From: Marsupella aquatica
Taxonomy: Eukaryota > Plantae > Marchantiophyta
Assembly (NCBI GenBank): GCA_973895155.1
Contig: OZ316897.1
Span: 21,108,260 to 21,172,259, forward strand
Length of the DNA stretch: 64,000 bases
Reading direction: 5' to 3'
Positions 25,894 to 38,807 of the stretch are shown here, piece after piece. A program made the translations under genes and the position numbers. Each line of letters starts with the position of its first letter. Positions within the stretch are counted from its first letter, which is position 1. Below the pieces are notes generated by a model, which was not told where the DNA came from, searched no databases, and saw nothing but the letters and a program-made list of their open reading frames with translations.

Positions 25894-26822
25894 TTATCTC
25901 ACACTTTCCAGGGCCTCTATCATCACCACACTATTCCCTCGAATGACCTGTATCACACAATTACGACAATCTGATTAACCTCGGAAACGAAGAGTGAAGC
26001 ATTACAAAAAAAACCAAAAGCACACACAAAACTGTAATGCCCAGGGAAAAGCACGGACCTAGCGAAGTTGAACAGTAGAAGATACTAACACAAGAAAGAT
26101 CACAAGGGGATAAGAGATCGATGGGGATACACTAAGCCCAGTGACCTCTCAGATCAATATCAGCAACAAACCAACCAGCACACTGTGGACCCATGCCCTT
26201 CTTCAGCACAGAAGGGAGTGGCACCGTGAGTGACACGAGAACTGAAGTGGACAAGAATGCAGGAAAAATCAGTTGCCCGACAAGATAAGCGAGAGGGAAA
26301 TTGTAATGATGCAGAGAGAAAACTGACCACCATGCCGATCTCGTTTCTCTCATTGCCATTGATCTCCACAGTGTTGTCCAACACAAGATTCATGAACTGG
26401 TCGAAACCCCGCAGAACACCAACTACCATTCGATTGGCATTGAGCTTGACTACAAGACGACAACCAGAGAGACAATAATTATACTCGAAGCAAAAACCAA
26501 CCGGAAGTCAGCGAAATGCAGAGAGGTTGCAAAACAAAAGTTTCGATGGCAAATTGTGTCCAACACAGAGGGAAAATCGTGGGTGCGACGAAACTCACTG
26601 TTTAGCTTCCGGTCCATGTACCTAGAAACGAAACAGCACCACGAAAAGACGATATCAGTCCACCATTAATCAGCACAACGAAGTAACACGATATCAGTCC
26701 CACCGTCGAGATATCAGAGTGACAGTGGAAACAGACACTTCAATCAATCAAATGTTGGGAGCGTAGAGTGAGAGGGGGCAAACATACTTTTTCAAATCCG
26801 GAGGCTGGCCCGACTTGCTCAT
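25894..26822 (-). CDS. SmG: Small nuclear ribonucleoprotein G (SmG). Exons approx. 26822-26788, 26621-26599, 26449-26328, 25947-25894
   Basis: Spliced translation [77 protein letters not shown]; canonical GT-AG introns. Confidence 0.95.
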
Positions 26823-27089
26823 CGTATCGAAGGGAGCAGAAAGACTACTGCGCTCCTCGTCTAGAGTCGACCTCGAAGAATTGCAACCCCGGTTCTAGAG
26901 TCGACCTCGAAGACCGGCACTACCAGCTGCTCCTCTCGAAGAACGTCAAGAACACGATGACACGAAGAACCCTAAACACTGGGGTTTTCCTGTTATGCAC
27001 CATGATGACAGTCAAGGAGGGCAAGGAGGGGCGAAACCCGCGACGGGCAGGGCGAAAGGCAGTTTGGGTAGGGCGTAAATCCGAGGAGA

Positions 27090-27700
27090 CGAGGTTACCA
27101 ATGTAACCATTTATGCTATAGTCATAATTTGGTATCCTGAAAAGTTGAACAGGTAACCTCTTTGAGGGCGGGAGTTACATACTCTAATGCAAGGCAGGGT
27201 TGGGGTCATAGACTCTAACCTGGTCCCGGAATATTCAAAGAAGCTTTCCGGTTGCCGCCGATCAGTTTCTTTTCATATTTCGGACACAAGGTTATAGCCT
27301 AGTAACCCTGTGCCCAGATTTGCATTACCCTATACATAATTTGTGTCACCAAGCAAGGTTACCGGTTAACCTTTTCTTCTACTAGGTGCCACCATTTTTA
27401 TACCCCTCTGCCCAAAAAATGCTCCCAATAATCTTTTTTCCGGGCAGGTATCAAATATGATAATGACGGCTTGGGCTACGGTTATTGTCTGAAACCTGTT
27501 CTCACAAAGCTCAGAAAAATTTCCCTGCTGCCACCGATCAGCATTTCCTCACTTTCTGGTCACAGGGTTACAGACTAGTAACCCAAGACCAAGCCATCAT
27601 TACCCTATATGTAAATCGTGTACGGGAAGAGAGGTTATGACAGTCTGGGAGGTTACGACAGTCTGGGTAACCAGTTTTACCTCACTACTAGGGGGTCTCA
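27090..27700. repeat. Diverged ~280-bp tandem repeat rich in ggttac/gtaacc palindromic half-sites; possibly a transposon subterminal region
   Basis: gcc(g/a)ccgatcag..ggtta(t/c)ag(c/a)ctagtaaccc..cattaccctata at about 27255-27335 and 27530-27610. Confidence 0.6.
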
Positions 27701-29399
27701 TATATATAAGGTGGGACTTTTGTGAGTTGGGACGCTAGTTTTGGCTGTGTTGGACTGTTGAAGTTCATAGGTTTTCAGGAATAGTGTAGAGGTATATACT
27801 CAACCTACCCCCATGTGACTCTTTTTGTCCGAATTGACCCCCAAAGTTGATTTTCTACCCAATCGACCCCCATTTTCACTTTTGTATTGTATGTACATGT
27901 ATTCCCTATATTCTATACTACTTGGACCATGAACCATGAGAATGCCTTCACCGTGTATGGCGACTATGGTATACCCCAACTGTGAAGGCAACTAACTTGA
28001 CCGCCATGTTCACCGCATGGTTTTAGGGCCGGCCGAGACCGCAACAACCAAGGATTTCAAAACAACTGTCTGGTGAAAACAAGACTAGTCATGTCTTCGT
28101 ATGTTTGTTGCTAGGAAACGTTGACGTCCTCATCAAATGTGCTCAGACGTTCATTATCTGGTTTTTGTCAGGACAATTTCTGTTGGGCACGAGCTTTGGA
28201 TGGAATAGATCGTACTGGAGTTTTGGAACAATGTGTTTTCGCCAGCGTTCACATGCTCTCTCTATGGGCACTGTAGTGTGGCCAGGTGCAGGTAGGGATG
28301 TCAGTTGTTGGAGAGGACGACGATGGCACTGTGCATCTTTGGCGGAGAGGGGATCGGTGTGAAGTTGACATTCCCAAATGTGAGAGGTTACCACCACAAA
28401 ATAGAGCTGGCTGATGGAGGAGACGCAATAGCTCATGGACTCAAAATGTTGTCAGGATATATATTTGAAGGGAAAGTCCACAAGAAGGTGTGTTTAAAGC
28501 ATTTCATAGAGGCTTTCTTTCATTTCCCGTAGACCTCCATTTCTCTTGAATCCTCAAGTATCCACTTTCACGAATGACTATCTTCATTGTGCCTTTGTGA
28601 AGAGTACATAACTAGAAATGTCTTCTACTTTTGGCAGTGGAAGCCAAGGCGGCTCAAATTTGCAAAGGCAAACGGTTCAATGATTTTAATGAAGTTGACC
28701 AGTGTTTGGATTCTTAGGTTGTCATGAATTGTCGTGTGGTATACAGGTTGAAAACATTTTCTAGTTTTTGAACATGAGTGTGCACATTTAGCAAGTTGGT
28801 TTCAAAGAAATGTAGCAAAGAATCTAGAGAATCTGTGAATGGGGGAACTTCAGGAATAGATCCGTCCTGGGTGGAATGCAACGATGAAGATTCTGAAGAA
28901 AGCAATGAAGATATATCAATTTGAAGACAATTTCAAAATGAATTGGACTGGCATTTTGACTCTTGATATGGAGAGTGGCCGGGTTTCGTGACAAAGGAAT
29001 AGTTAAATGACCTTCAAAGGCTAAAGGGAAAGAGAATCCATACTCAATTCTACATATGTAGAGCCCATTGCCACGCACAATGAGGTAAGTGTTCTTTTGT
29101 TGTGAATTGGGTTTGCTTCATTGTCTGGTTGTTGTAGAGTCATTGCTCTTGCGTAATTTGCTAATATACTTGTACATTTTCTTTGTAGACAAAAGATAGT
29201 GAGTTTAAGCAAGCTATAATGCGCTTGAGACATGTGGAGAACCCATCTCGTGCACCACTTGCATGTCTTCAAACTAATGCATTGCAAAACAACTCAATCT
29301 CACACAAGTGTAACAACCCATCACACAGAAGGGGACGACAAAAGTGAAGCACATTAGCGTGTGGTTGTCAGTGTCCTGTGCACCAAACCCACACAAAGC

Positions 29400-30720
29400 A
29401 CAATAGAAAGTTAAAAAGCAATATGCAACTGGTGCTTTGTGGAGAGTTCATCAGGACCAGGCCACCACCCTTGCACAACGAAGATGGTGTTGAGAACTCA
29501 ATGTAATGTCCTTTTAGAGTACATTGTCTTCGAGAACCACAAATGGGGTCTCATATTATTACAGTATGTGAGTGAGACCATAATTGTCCAACATCCTAGC
29601 ACAAGTTTAGATGGCCTACTCAAAAATTGGTTTGACTAGGTGATACACTAGCTCCCCGAGTTTGGAGAAATCTAAGGGTGGCACTAGTGAAAGTCTTGTT
29701 GTGTGGATTTCAAGGAGACTAAAAAAACGTACCAACTACCATCAGATGTGGCGGGCTAAGGATTATGAATGAGATATTCACCTTGGTGGACAAGAACTAA
29801 GACACATTCTACTAGATTCAAGGATTTATTGCTAGGGTTAGGGGAGCTGCCTTTGGCTGTGTTGCAAAGTGGTCCCCTATGGAGGATGCCACTTTCCACA
29901 TAGCATTCATATGCCCATCTGCTACAAGGGAAACTCTGCACTTTGTTCAACCACTTGTGAGCTTGGATGCATGTCAAACCAAGAATAGGAAGTATCCTAC
30001 CCAACTATTCTTGGCAACTTCTCTGGATGGTAATGCACAAGATGTCATATTGTGTTATGGCGCTGCACAAGTAGAAAACACTACCAATTGGATATAAGGT
30101 TCCTTCAACTAATTGACATATCATTGTATGGAATTAAATGTGCACTCATGATACTTGTCATATCAGGGTTTGTAGGCTGCACTTTGAGAGGTTTAGGCAG
30201 GTAACTTTATGTTCTTGATACAGAAAATGACTGGATACATTCATTAGGAACATTACTTTTTATGCCAAAGACATTGCTAGTATGCTATTTCATGTTCTTG
30301 GCCATCAAGTAATATCCATGCAGCATGTGCGCATCACTTGAAAGCCAATGTGAAGACTCGATATGGCAAATCAACTATTGACATCTAAAGTTACTAGTTG
30401 CACTTATGCTAATGACAAGAGCCAATAAGAGCTCTATGTTGCTTTTGAAACAACAATTATGCTTTGCATTTGTGAATATTCTATCCTTAGTGGACATGGA
30501 TGACTATTGTGGCTTATTATGCCTTGTTTGTTTCCACTTTGTAAGGCATGAGCTTCTTTGATGTGGTTGAAAGAGTATGAAATCAAAAGCAGATGTTAAT
30601 TTGCTTCATGCAATGGGATTACATAAGGTCACTAGATGTAAAATAGTATGCACGACATGCCTTCCCCCTTCCTTGGATGGCAAAGGTTACAAATAACACT
30701 GTTGAGCAAGCAAACTCAAG
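29400..30720 (+). mobile_element. Degenerate Mutator/MULE transposase pseudogene
   Basis: LVSLDACQTKNRKYPTQLFLATSLDGNAQDVILCYGAAQVENTTNW (MULE DDE core) and downstream HAACAHHLKANVK (CxxH motif); stops and frameshifts. Confidence 0.85.
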
Positions 30721-31729
30721 AGTACTTTCTTTGCGTCAATACGCTCCTTTCAAGTTGTTGGAGCGATTATGGGTTTGTGTGTTCAAAATTAACTCAAGTT
30801 TTCAACTTTAGTTAGTTTGGCCTTACTAGGGTTAGTTGATCCTTGGTTAGTTTACGGTAAGATCCACTTATTTAGGCCCACACATCTTAGTCCCCCTTGG
30901 GGGGTATGGGTTGGAGGGAGAGCATTATCTCCCTCATTCTTCACAAGTCATGTACTGTCTCATGAGCAATGGATCCTTCCATCATCAGTGTCTTGTAGGT
31001 GTAGTATGAGATTGTGTGCATTGCTATCTAGTCTTAGCTGACAATTTTTTACATTATGTTAGTGGTGGACCTAGTCACCTAGAGCTCTCACCAATCCCAA
31101 CACCCACACCTAAGTGCCCTTGGTGCCCAAATGCCTCCATGGAACTCCTTGAGCAAGCAACTTGCACCCCCAATGGCCACTCCCGTACAAAGTCGCACTT
31201 GCTCCCTAACACGGCCGTCGCTCAACGGTCCTCACTGTTTGCACAAGCATCCAAACACCTTGATAAGTAACCAAAAGAATCTAGGCCTTCCAATACTAGC
31301 ATAGTAACTCAAGCTCAACAAACATTGGTAAGATCTATTCATTAAAAGTGCATTATTATTCAATTTATGAACATTTGGGTAACAAAAAGTGTACATTTGG
31401 CTTTCAAAAAGTGTACAAATTTTGGACAAGAAATAAAGATGCTTGCCATCAAATGTACCACCATGTTCATCATTTGTAAATAAACTAGGATGAGACTCCT
31501 TCTAGTAAAGATCATTTTTGCACCCTCAAGTTTACAATTGATCATTTAGGTGTAGAGTAGTGTACTATATTGTACCTTTTGGGGTTAAAAAGTGTACATT
31601 TAGAGAACAAAAGTGAACATTTAGAGGCCTAAAAGTGAACAAAATAAAATACACTTTTAATGAGTAGAGTGATAAGTAGATCAATGAATAGAACCTCTCA
31701 GGCCTTCATGGCCTTGCCATACGCCAAAG

Positions 31730-32700
31730 CCAGAGCTGACATCCACTGTTCATCCATAACAACCCCTCTTTGGGTGCAGCCCATGCAGCCTGTGCTTTCC
31801 CACTTCCTATTTATCACTGGTTGATTGCCCTACCCCCAGGATATGTTCATCGCCCAATTAGCATAGCTTGTCTTGATTCTTGTCCTAAAACATCAGGACT
31901 ATATTGGCCTTGACTCTAGCAACCAATTCACAGTTTTTGCTCAACTGCACTTGGAACTCAACCTCCATGCCTACTTGGGTTTGCCCCCACAATGCAAGCT
32001 CCCATGGGAAACTGAACGCGGTTTGACTAGTTTTGGCAAAATTTGGCAAGCAAGCGAGATAGCCCCCGCAAACCCCAAAATCCATGGCACTCTCCAACCC
32101 AACTAATCTCAAGAGGATGTAGTCCTCTTCAATAGATTTCTAACGCAACCAAGAAGTCTCCCAATGGACTTCCCATCGAGAAGTTATCACCGTTTCTATT
32201 TGACGTGTTCTCTTGGTGTCGCAACCACCGTGGCTCACGACTTGGGCTCGCTCTTGGCCCCCAAGGAGACACCACTCCTCTAATATATATTTTGGAGATC
32301 TGTTGCCCCCGGACCTACTTTGGTGCCCATATTTTGGCCCCCAACTCGCACGCATAGGCACGCAACTAACTTGTTATGCCCATAAATTTCTAGCTAGATG
32401 TTTGTAGGCGGAGTACCTTGGCCTATTGTGATTGGGCTGACCTAGTGCTCATGCCTAGGCCCTCAGAACATGTCGTCACTTAGAGATTCCAAACGGTCAC
32501 TTGTGAGTTATGAACACATCGGGTGCTAATTATGCTATTTACCACTTGTAAGATACCTCATGCTTAGAATCAATTCCCTTGAGAGCCTTGTCCCTTGAAT
32601 ATTTCTTAAGTTCCTTGAGTTCCCTGTGTCTCTTGTGATTTCTCTAGATAAACTGGGTGGGAAAGGCATACCCTTTTTTGCAAGGACTCCTAAACATTTT
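31730..32700 (-). mobile_element. Probable decayed retrotransposon fragment
   Basis: Coding-like composition with many stops in a repeat-rich interval; no diagnostic motif identified. Confidence 0.25.
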
Positions 32701-33469
32701 TGGTACTAAAACATTTATGTGATCTTCTCTAGATATTGACAATAATACCATAGTATTTGGGGCTAGACCCACACTCCATAGATTTTGTCTCTAAGTGATA
32801 ATTTTATCTATGCACTTCTTCAAACTCTCCATTATAAAGTTTCATCTATTATATTAATATGAAAATATTCACATCCTCATTTGTGCATCTATAGAGTATT
32901 AATGGATCTTACGACGCGATAATTGCAGTGTATTCTTCTTCTCCAAACTTTTGTGCAAGAACCTACTTTGCGTCTATCATCTTATTTACTATAAATTTAA
33001 TGTTCATCGAAGAACATAAATTTAGAAATGACAGATTGTGATTCAAATCAATATTGAAATTTATAGTTTCTATATGCTTTCTAACTAATAGAGATTCAGC
33101 AGCAGAACCGTCCCTACTTGATCATAAGTTTTAAAACATCATATCTATGGTATTGGTAGCATAGCTAATCTTGCTAGATTCAAAACTCCATTTTTAAAGT
33201 ACTCTAGTGATGACAATGTTCCATTCAGACCAAAAATTAAAAATTTAGATTCCTTTCACTATGAAAACCGACGATATAGTCATCCTGTTTAGTCTAGAAC
33301 TAATGTTCAAGCATTTCATCAATGCAAATTTAAGGCACACAAAATGCACTATTGTATACACTTCCTATCATCGCACTCATACATTTGAAATGATAGAAAT
33401 TGGATTCCATTAGAGGGCTAACCTCCCTACCTCCCTTTTATTTATAGTTGGAGCCAAATCATGCTAGTC

Positions 33470-34050
33470 TTTTACAATAGTATCATAGAAGATACTATAA
33501 ATTATTAGATTTTACTTTTTTTTCACAATAAATTCTAGAATTTATTTCTTATCATGATAAATTCTAGAAATTAGCAAAATTTATCTTTTTATTATGGTAA
33601 AATTCTTTCCAAAGGTTTCACTTCCACAAAAATGACACATCACATGCGACGAAATATAGGGTCATTTTATTGGTTCAATAAAAAGACTTAAGAAGTTTTT
33701 GAGAAGAATAATATGGTCTTTTAAATCCAATTTTGAGACTTATAATAATATTAGGGTTCTTATAACAAAAAATTTAGAATATTCTAACCTTATAGGGATT
33801 GAATTTTTTTTCTTCTACATTTAAGGGGGTCTGAGGCCTAAAAACATCGCAGGTGATAGGGATGCATCCATATAGTGAGACCCCCCCCCAAAATTCTAAA
33901 AATTACTATTTATTATAGTAAAATATAAAAGTTATCAAAATTTACTTTTTTATTATAATAAATTTTAAAAATTATTATTTATTATAGTAAAATTTAGAAG
34001 TTACCAAATTTTTTTTTTTTATTATACTAAATTTTAAAAAACTAAGAAGT
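33470..34050. repeat. AT-rich degenerate ~30-33-bp tandem repeats (ttttattatagtaaaattt(t/c)agaa..)
   Basis: Repeated units at 33480-33610 and 33890-34050. Confidence 0.65.
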
Positions 34051-35055
34051 TTCTAGGTGAGGGGTTATGAAAATGGTCATAACATCTACACTAATCCTTT
34101 TTGACTTATTTTGGTAGGTTTGGATTTTGCCACCCAAATGTACACAATGGGCTTGATTTCTCAAATCAAGTGAGGAACTGTGAGGAACTCTTCAGACGCG
34201 CACACTCAACCCGACTCAACAACACTCTGGTGAACTCCTGGAATTGAATGGGCAGTTTAGAAGCAGAACTCAAATGCCGCACACAGAAAGAACTCAGATA
34301 CCTTCCATACTGACTGTAGCTGACTTAAGCATTGCACTCAACCACATACACACGGGCATACACAATACATCAATCATGACACTCTTAAAGCTAGACTTTG
34401 CAGTCAACTTTGCTTGATATATAACGGAATTGCAGATTATTCTTTACTATTTACAATACTTAGCCACCAAGTTCTCCTACGTCTAAGTGCTCAGATCTTG
34501 GTGCATTTGAACTTGACTAAGAAATAACCCAAAAGTCATGCTACGAAGGTTTTTATTCAATCATGCGAAGGTTTTCGATCTTGCGAAATCTTGATTCTGT
34601 GAAAATTGAGCGAGGGATTTGCAGTTTGAAATGGTAGATGACCAAGGCATTCACGGAGCTTTTGAATGTTTACGGTGCATAGCGGGGTGCCAACTTTTTT
34701 TAATAGTTGAAGAGACCGACAGGGGCCAAATGGGGGAACGGTAGAGACAAAGGAAGGGTGTATCGTGATGGTCGCTAAATTTTCAACAGGCTTGCTCTTG
34801 CTCGATTCGCCTTTCCCTGAGTGCGTAGATTAAAGCTTACACCGCGCAAGGTTGAGGGTTTTGCTTCGTGGCCCTCCAATATTGAGTTATGAAAGGGCGT
34901 GAGAAAAAGACAAGCGCTTTACAAAGTGGATATGCCAAGTCTTCTTTCTGCGCAGGAACTGTCATTCGGCCTGTCGGCCGAGATAAGTTTGTTCCTGGAT
35001 TTGCAGTAGTGCTTCATGCTCAATTCATGATACGAGCAGTCAGCGGGAAGCGATA

Positions 35056-36229
35056 ATGCAGAGCCGGCGACAACATTTGTGAGTGCTTCAAGCTGGGTTT
35101 TCTTCGTTTGCTCTTCTATTCTTGGCTGTCAGTCTTTTCTTCGCCCGATCTCTTATTGCATTTCTTTTGGTCTTCTTCTCTGGAATCCCTGCTGCGACAG
35201 GGTCTTAGTAAGCGGAAGAGGTGATCAGGTCCCGGGTTTATCTTTTCCTGAGGTTTGTGTGTTAGCCGGGATCTGTATTTGGGGACACAGTAGTGTATGG
35301 GACATGCCGGGCAACTTTTTTAGGTCATGAGATTTAGGTCATGTATGCAGAGGAATGGATTTGCTACTGGGAGCTTTGATTTCTTTGCGAACTCGGAGCT
35401 CGGATTGGCAGAGTTAGGCCTTTGAAAACATATTTGGCTTCTTCATTACTTCCCCTCGTGTCACACTGTGCACTAAAAAAATCTACGGAGAAATTGCTGC
35501 CTTCTATAAGGCAGTGAGGATTGGTTGCTATATGGGGATAGTTAAGGACTTAGGGACCTGTGTTGGTCTGATTGGGAGTTGAGATTGCAAAATTCAAGCA
35601 GGTCGCAACTGGTGCGAAATTATGGATCGAAGGATACCAGGTTTGGAGTCGAGGCGAGGGCTCTTTCACTCCAAGGTGGCGAGGAATTACCGGATGCTGA
35701 GAAGGTTACCATCGGCCCAAAGGTATAGGAGACAGCTGCTTAACGTAATTAGTGTCCGCCCTTTATAAAATTATGTTAAGGTATGTCGTAGGCGTGACAT
35801 CGTTCAAGTAGTCACTCATTGTTTTGTGAATCTGTAACTCTCTTCCAAGGTCTAAATGTGATTACAGAGCAAAGTTTTGGTTCTCCTAAAGATAATAGGG
35901 ATGGTGTGACGGTGGCAAAGGCGTTTGCAAACTTGTCTTCGGACCCTAGTCCTCCCTGAAATTCCCACTGTTGTTTCTTGTTTCAAGTAAAGATGAATGT
36001 TATGTTGGAGGACAGAAAGAATCTTTACAATGAACTAGAAGTTGTGGAGGGCATGAAGTTTGACCGAGGCTATGTATCTCCTTATTTACTTTCAGATGTT
36101 AGGTCCCCAAAAGTTGTAAGTTTCAATGGCCTGGAGCATGACAGCTTTCGATTTAGGCTTGCTATATTGTGTCAGTAACCCTTGTCAAATGATTGGGACA
36201 GATGCCTGCCTGCATCGTAGCACAAAATG
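35056..36229 (+). pseudogene. HSP60: Decayed mitochondrial chaperonin HSP60/CPN60: presequence exons, N-terminal exons, one central exon and a stub of a C-terminal exon
   Basis: VRNYGSKDTRFGVEARAL..GGEELPDAEKVTIGPK|gt (35610-35722); GLNVITEQSFGSPKDNRDGVTVAK (35850-35920); [25 protein letters not shown] (36010-36115); mutated splice sites and large gaps. Confidence 0.9.
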
Positions 36230-36323
36230 ACGCCCCGTCTAAATCTGAATTTGAGAAATGCCGGTCTGCTATCGTTTTCTGAGCGTTTTGTTATTTGAAT
36301 ACGGTCGTGACTAAGAAACAAAA

Positions 36324-38807
36324 ATGAAAAAATATTTCGACTCGTGGAATCTCCTGCATTTCTTGCTGGTATCAGTCAGGTTTTCCAGCTCTGATCGTGG
36401 GTTGTGGTGCCGACAGAAGAAGCCTAGAGCACCAGACTTAAATTGTACGATGAAAAGGAAATCACTTTGGAATGACTGGTCAACTCCAGCATGGGTGAAG
36501 CCAAGGCTCAAACTGATTACTCGAAACGGATTTCAATCTCGTGCTAGTGATGGCACCAGAGATTGGTGTCAAGGCGCTGCACAACGGAATTGCAGTAGGC
36601 ACATGCATAGTGCTCGTACCACCAGTGAAGCAATTTCTGTTTTGAAGAATCGTCTAGAGCGAGGCATTACGACAGACTCGTACACTTTTGTAAAAGTTCT
36701 GCAAATGTGCTTGAAACTAAAAGACCTCTTAGCGGCCAAGCAGGTTCACGACTGCATCATCGAGAGTGGTATGGATAGGAATCCATATGTGGCGAACACT
36801 CTCCTGAATGTGTATATCAAATGCGGGGAATTTCAGGATGCACGTCGTGTGTTTGATCAACTTCAGAAGAAGAATGTTATTACTTGGAACATGATGATTG
36901 CAGGATATTCTAAGAGTGATCACGGTGAATCCGCATTGCAACTTTTTAAATTAATGCGCCAAGAAGGTGCGCGGCCTGACGAGGTCACATATCTCTGCAT
37001 CCTGAAGGCATGTACAAGCCCGCTAGCTCTCAAATGGGGAAAAGAAGTTCATGAGTGCATTCGACATGCCGGCTTCGAATCAGATGTGCGTGTGGGGACT
37101 GCCCTCGTTCAGATGTATGCGAAGTGTGGGTGCATCACAGAGGCAAGGCGAATTTTTGCAAATTTGACTAATCGAAACTTCATCACTTGGAGTGTGATGA
37201 TTGGTGCGTATGCCTCAAGTGGCAATATGGATGGTGCCCGACTAATGTTCGACAGTATGCAAAAACGAGATCTAATGACATGGAACAGAATGATTGGAGC
37301 ATATGCAGAAATTGGTCGTGGTGTGGAAGCATATCGACTTTTTCTCGAAATGAGACGGGAAGGCTTCGAACCAGATGCAATCACTTATATGAGCATCCTG
37401 AATGCATCTGCAAGTGCCGGGGCTTTGGAGTGGGTGAAGGAGATTCATGGCCATGCTCGCAAAGCGGGACTGGAGTCGGATGTGCGTGTGGGCAATGCCC
37501 TTGTTCACATGTACGCGAAAAGTGGTAGCATTGATGATGCCCGATTGATTTTTGACCGATTGAAGATACTCGATGTTATCACATGGAATACCATGATTGG
37601 TGCATATGCAGAACGTGGTGATGGTGTGGAAGCATATCGGCTGTTTCTCGAAATGAAGCTGGAAGGGTACCAGCCAAATGCAATCACTTACATAACCATC
37701 TTAAATGCCTCTGCCTCTGCAAGTGCGGGGGCTTCGGAGTGGGTTAAGGCAGTTCATGGCCATGCTCGGAAAGCGGGGCTAGTGTCGGATTTGCGTGTGG
37801 GCAATGCGCTTGTTCACATGTATGCGAGGACTGGCAGTATAGATGACGCCAGACAATTTTTTGACAGAATGGAGAAGCGCGATGTAATCACGTGGACCGT
37901 AATGATCGGTGGACTTGCACAACATGGTTGTGGGCATGAAGCCCTGGAACTCTTCAGAAAAATGAATGCGGACCATGTGAAGCCCGACGGGGCTTCATTC
38001 GTGGCAGTGTTGTCCGCCTGCTGTCATGCTGGCCTTCTTGAAGACGGCCGTAGATTCTTTTTAGCTATGACGCAATATTATGGCATCGAGCCTAATGTTA
38101 TGCACTATAACTGCATGGTTGATCTTCTTGGGCGGTCTGGACACTTGGAGGAAGCAAAGCTCTTCATTCGGGACATGCCAGTAGAACCAAATGAGGTGAC
38201 TTGGGGAACCTTGCTTGGGGCCTGTAGAACTTACCGTAATGTCGAGTTGGGCGAACTTGCCGCTGAACAGCTTCTGAAGTTGGAACCCAATAGTGCCTCT
38301 GCATATGTGCTTCTCTCGAACATCTATGCTGCTGCTGGTAAGTGGAAGAAGAAGTCTTTGGTGCGCACCATGATGCAAGAGAGAGGTCTTCGGAAGGAGC
38401 CAGGGCGTACCTGGATTGAAGTTGATAACAAGATCCATGACTTTGTCGTAGGGGATGTATCTCACCCAGAAGCGAAGGCCATATATACTGAGCTGAAGAA
38501 ATTGACTGAAAAAATCAAGGCTGGAGGCTACATTCCTGATACTGAGCTTGTGTTGCAGAATATAGATGAGGTGGATAAAGAACTTGCTCTTTGCTCTCAT
38601 AGCGAGAAGTTGGCTATTACTTACGGACTTATGCGCATACCTCGGGGAAAACCGATTCGTGTGTATAAGAACCTTCGGGTGTGTTCAGATTGCCATACGG
38701 CAACCAAGCTTATCTCTAAGGTGACCGGTCGCGAGATTATAGCCAGGGATGCAAATCGCTTTCACCATTTTAAAGATGGCGTGTGTACTTGTGGTGATTA
38801 CTGGTGA
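36324..38807 (+). CDS. PLS-class PPR-DYW RNA-editing factor, intronless. ORF is 827 aa; likely start at the MKRKSLW ATG (~36450)
   Basis: L-S-P-L-S-SS-P-L-S-P-L-S-P2-L2-S2-E1-E2-DYW array; PGRTWIEV, HSEKLA, CSDCH and terminal DYW intact. Confidence 0.97.
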   Translation: MKKYFDSWNLLHFLLVSVRFSSSDRGLWCRQKKPRAPDLNCTMKRKSLWNDWSTPAWVKPRLKLITRNGFQSRASDGTRDWCQGAAQRNCSRHMHSARTTSEAISVLKNRLERGITTDSYTFVKVLQMCLKLKDLLAAKQVHDCIIESGMDRNPYVANTLLNVYIKCGEFQDARRVFDQLQKKNVITWNMMIAGYSKSDHGESALQLFKLMRQEGARPDEVTYLCILKACTSPLALKWGKEVHECIRHAGFESDVRVGTALVQMYAKCGCITEARRIFANLTNRNFITWSVMIGAYASSGNMDGARLMFDSMQKRDLMTWNRMIGAYAEIGRGVEAYRLFLEMRREGFEPDAITYMSILNASASAGALEWVKEIHGHARKAGLESDVRVGNALVHMYAKSGSIDDARLIFDRLKILDVITWNTMIGAYAERGDGVEAYRLFLEMKLEGYQPNAITYITILNASASASAGASEWVKAVHGHARKAGLVSDLRVGNALVHMYARTGSIDDARQFFDRMEKRDVITWTVMIGGLAQHGCGHEALELFRKMNADHVKPDGASFVAVLSACCHAGLLEDGRRFFLAMTQYYGIEPNVMHYNCMVDLLGRSGHLEEAKLFIRDMPVEPNEVTWGTLLGACRTYRNVELGELAAEQLLKLEPNSASAYVLLSNIYAAAGKWKKKSLVRTMMQERGLRKEPGRTWIEVDNKIHDFVVGDVSHPEAKAIYTELKKLTEKIKAGGYIPDTELVLQNIDEVDKELALCSHSEKLAITYGLMRIPRGKPIRVYKNLRVCSDCHTATKLISKVTGREIIARDANRFHHFKDGVCTCGDYW

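Noticed and set aside
26860-26912. tctagagtcgacct (matches the XbaI-SalI part of the pUC polylinker) present twice
   Set aside because: It is a local 20-bp duplication in the SmG 5' region with no flanking vector sequence; a chance match is more likely than contamination
36729-38600. Antisense ORFs inside the PPR genes (also within 45138-48329)
   Set aside because: Shadow frames of the repetitive PPR coding sequence
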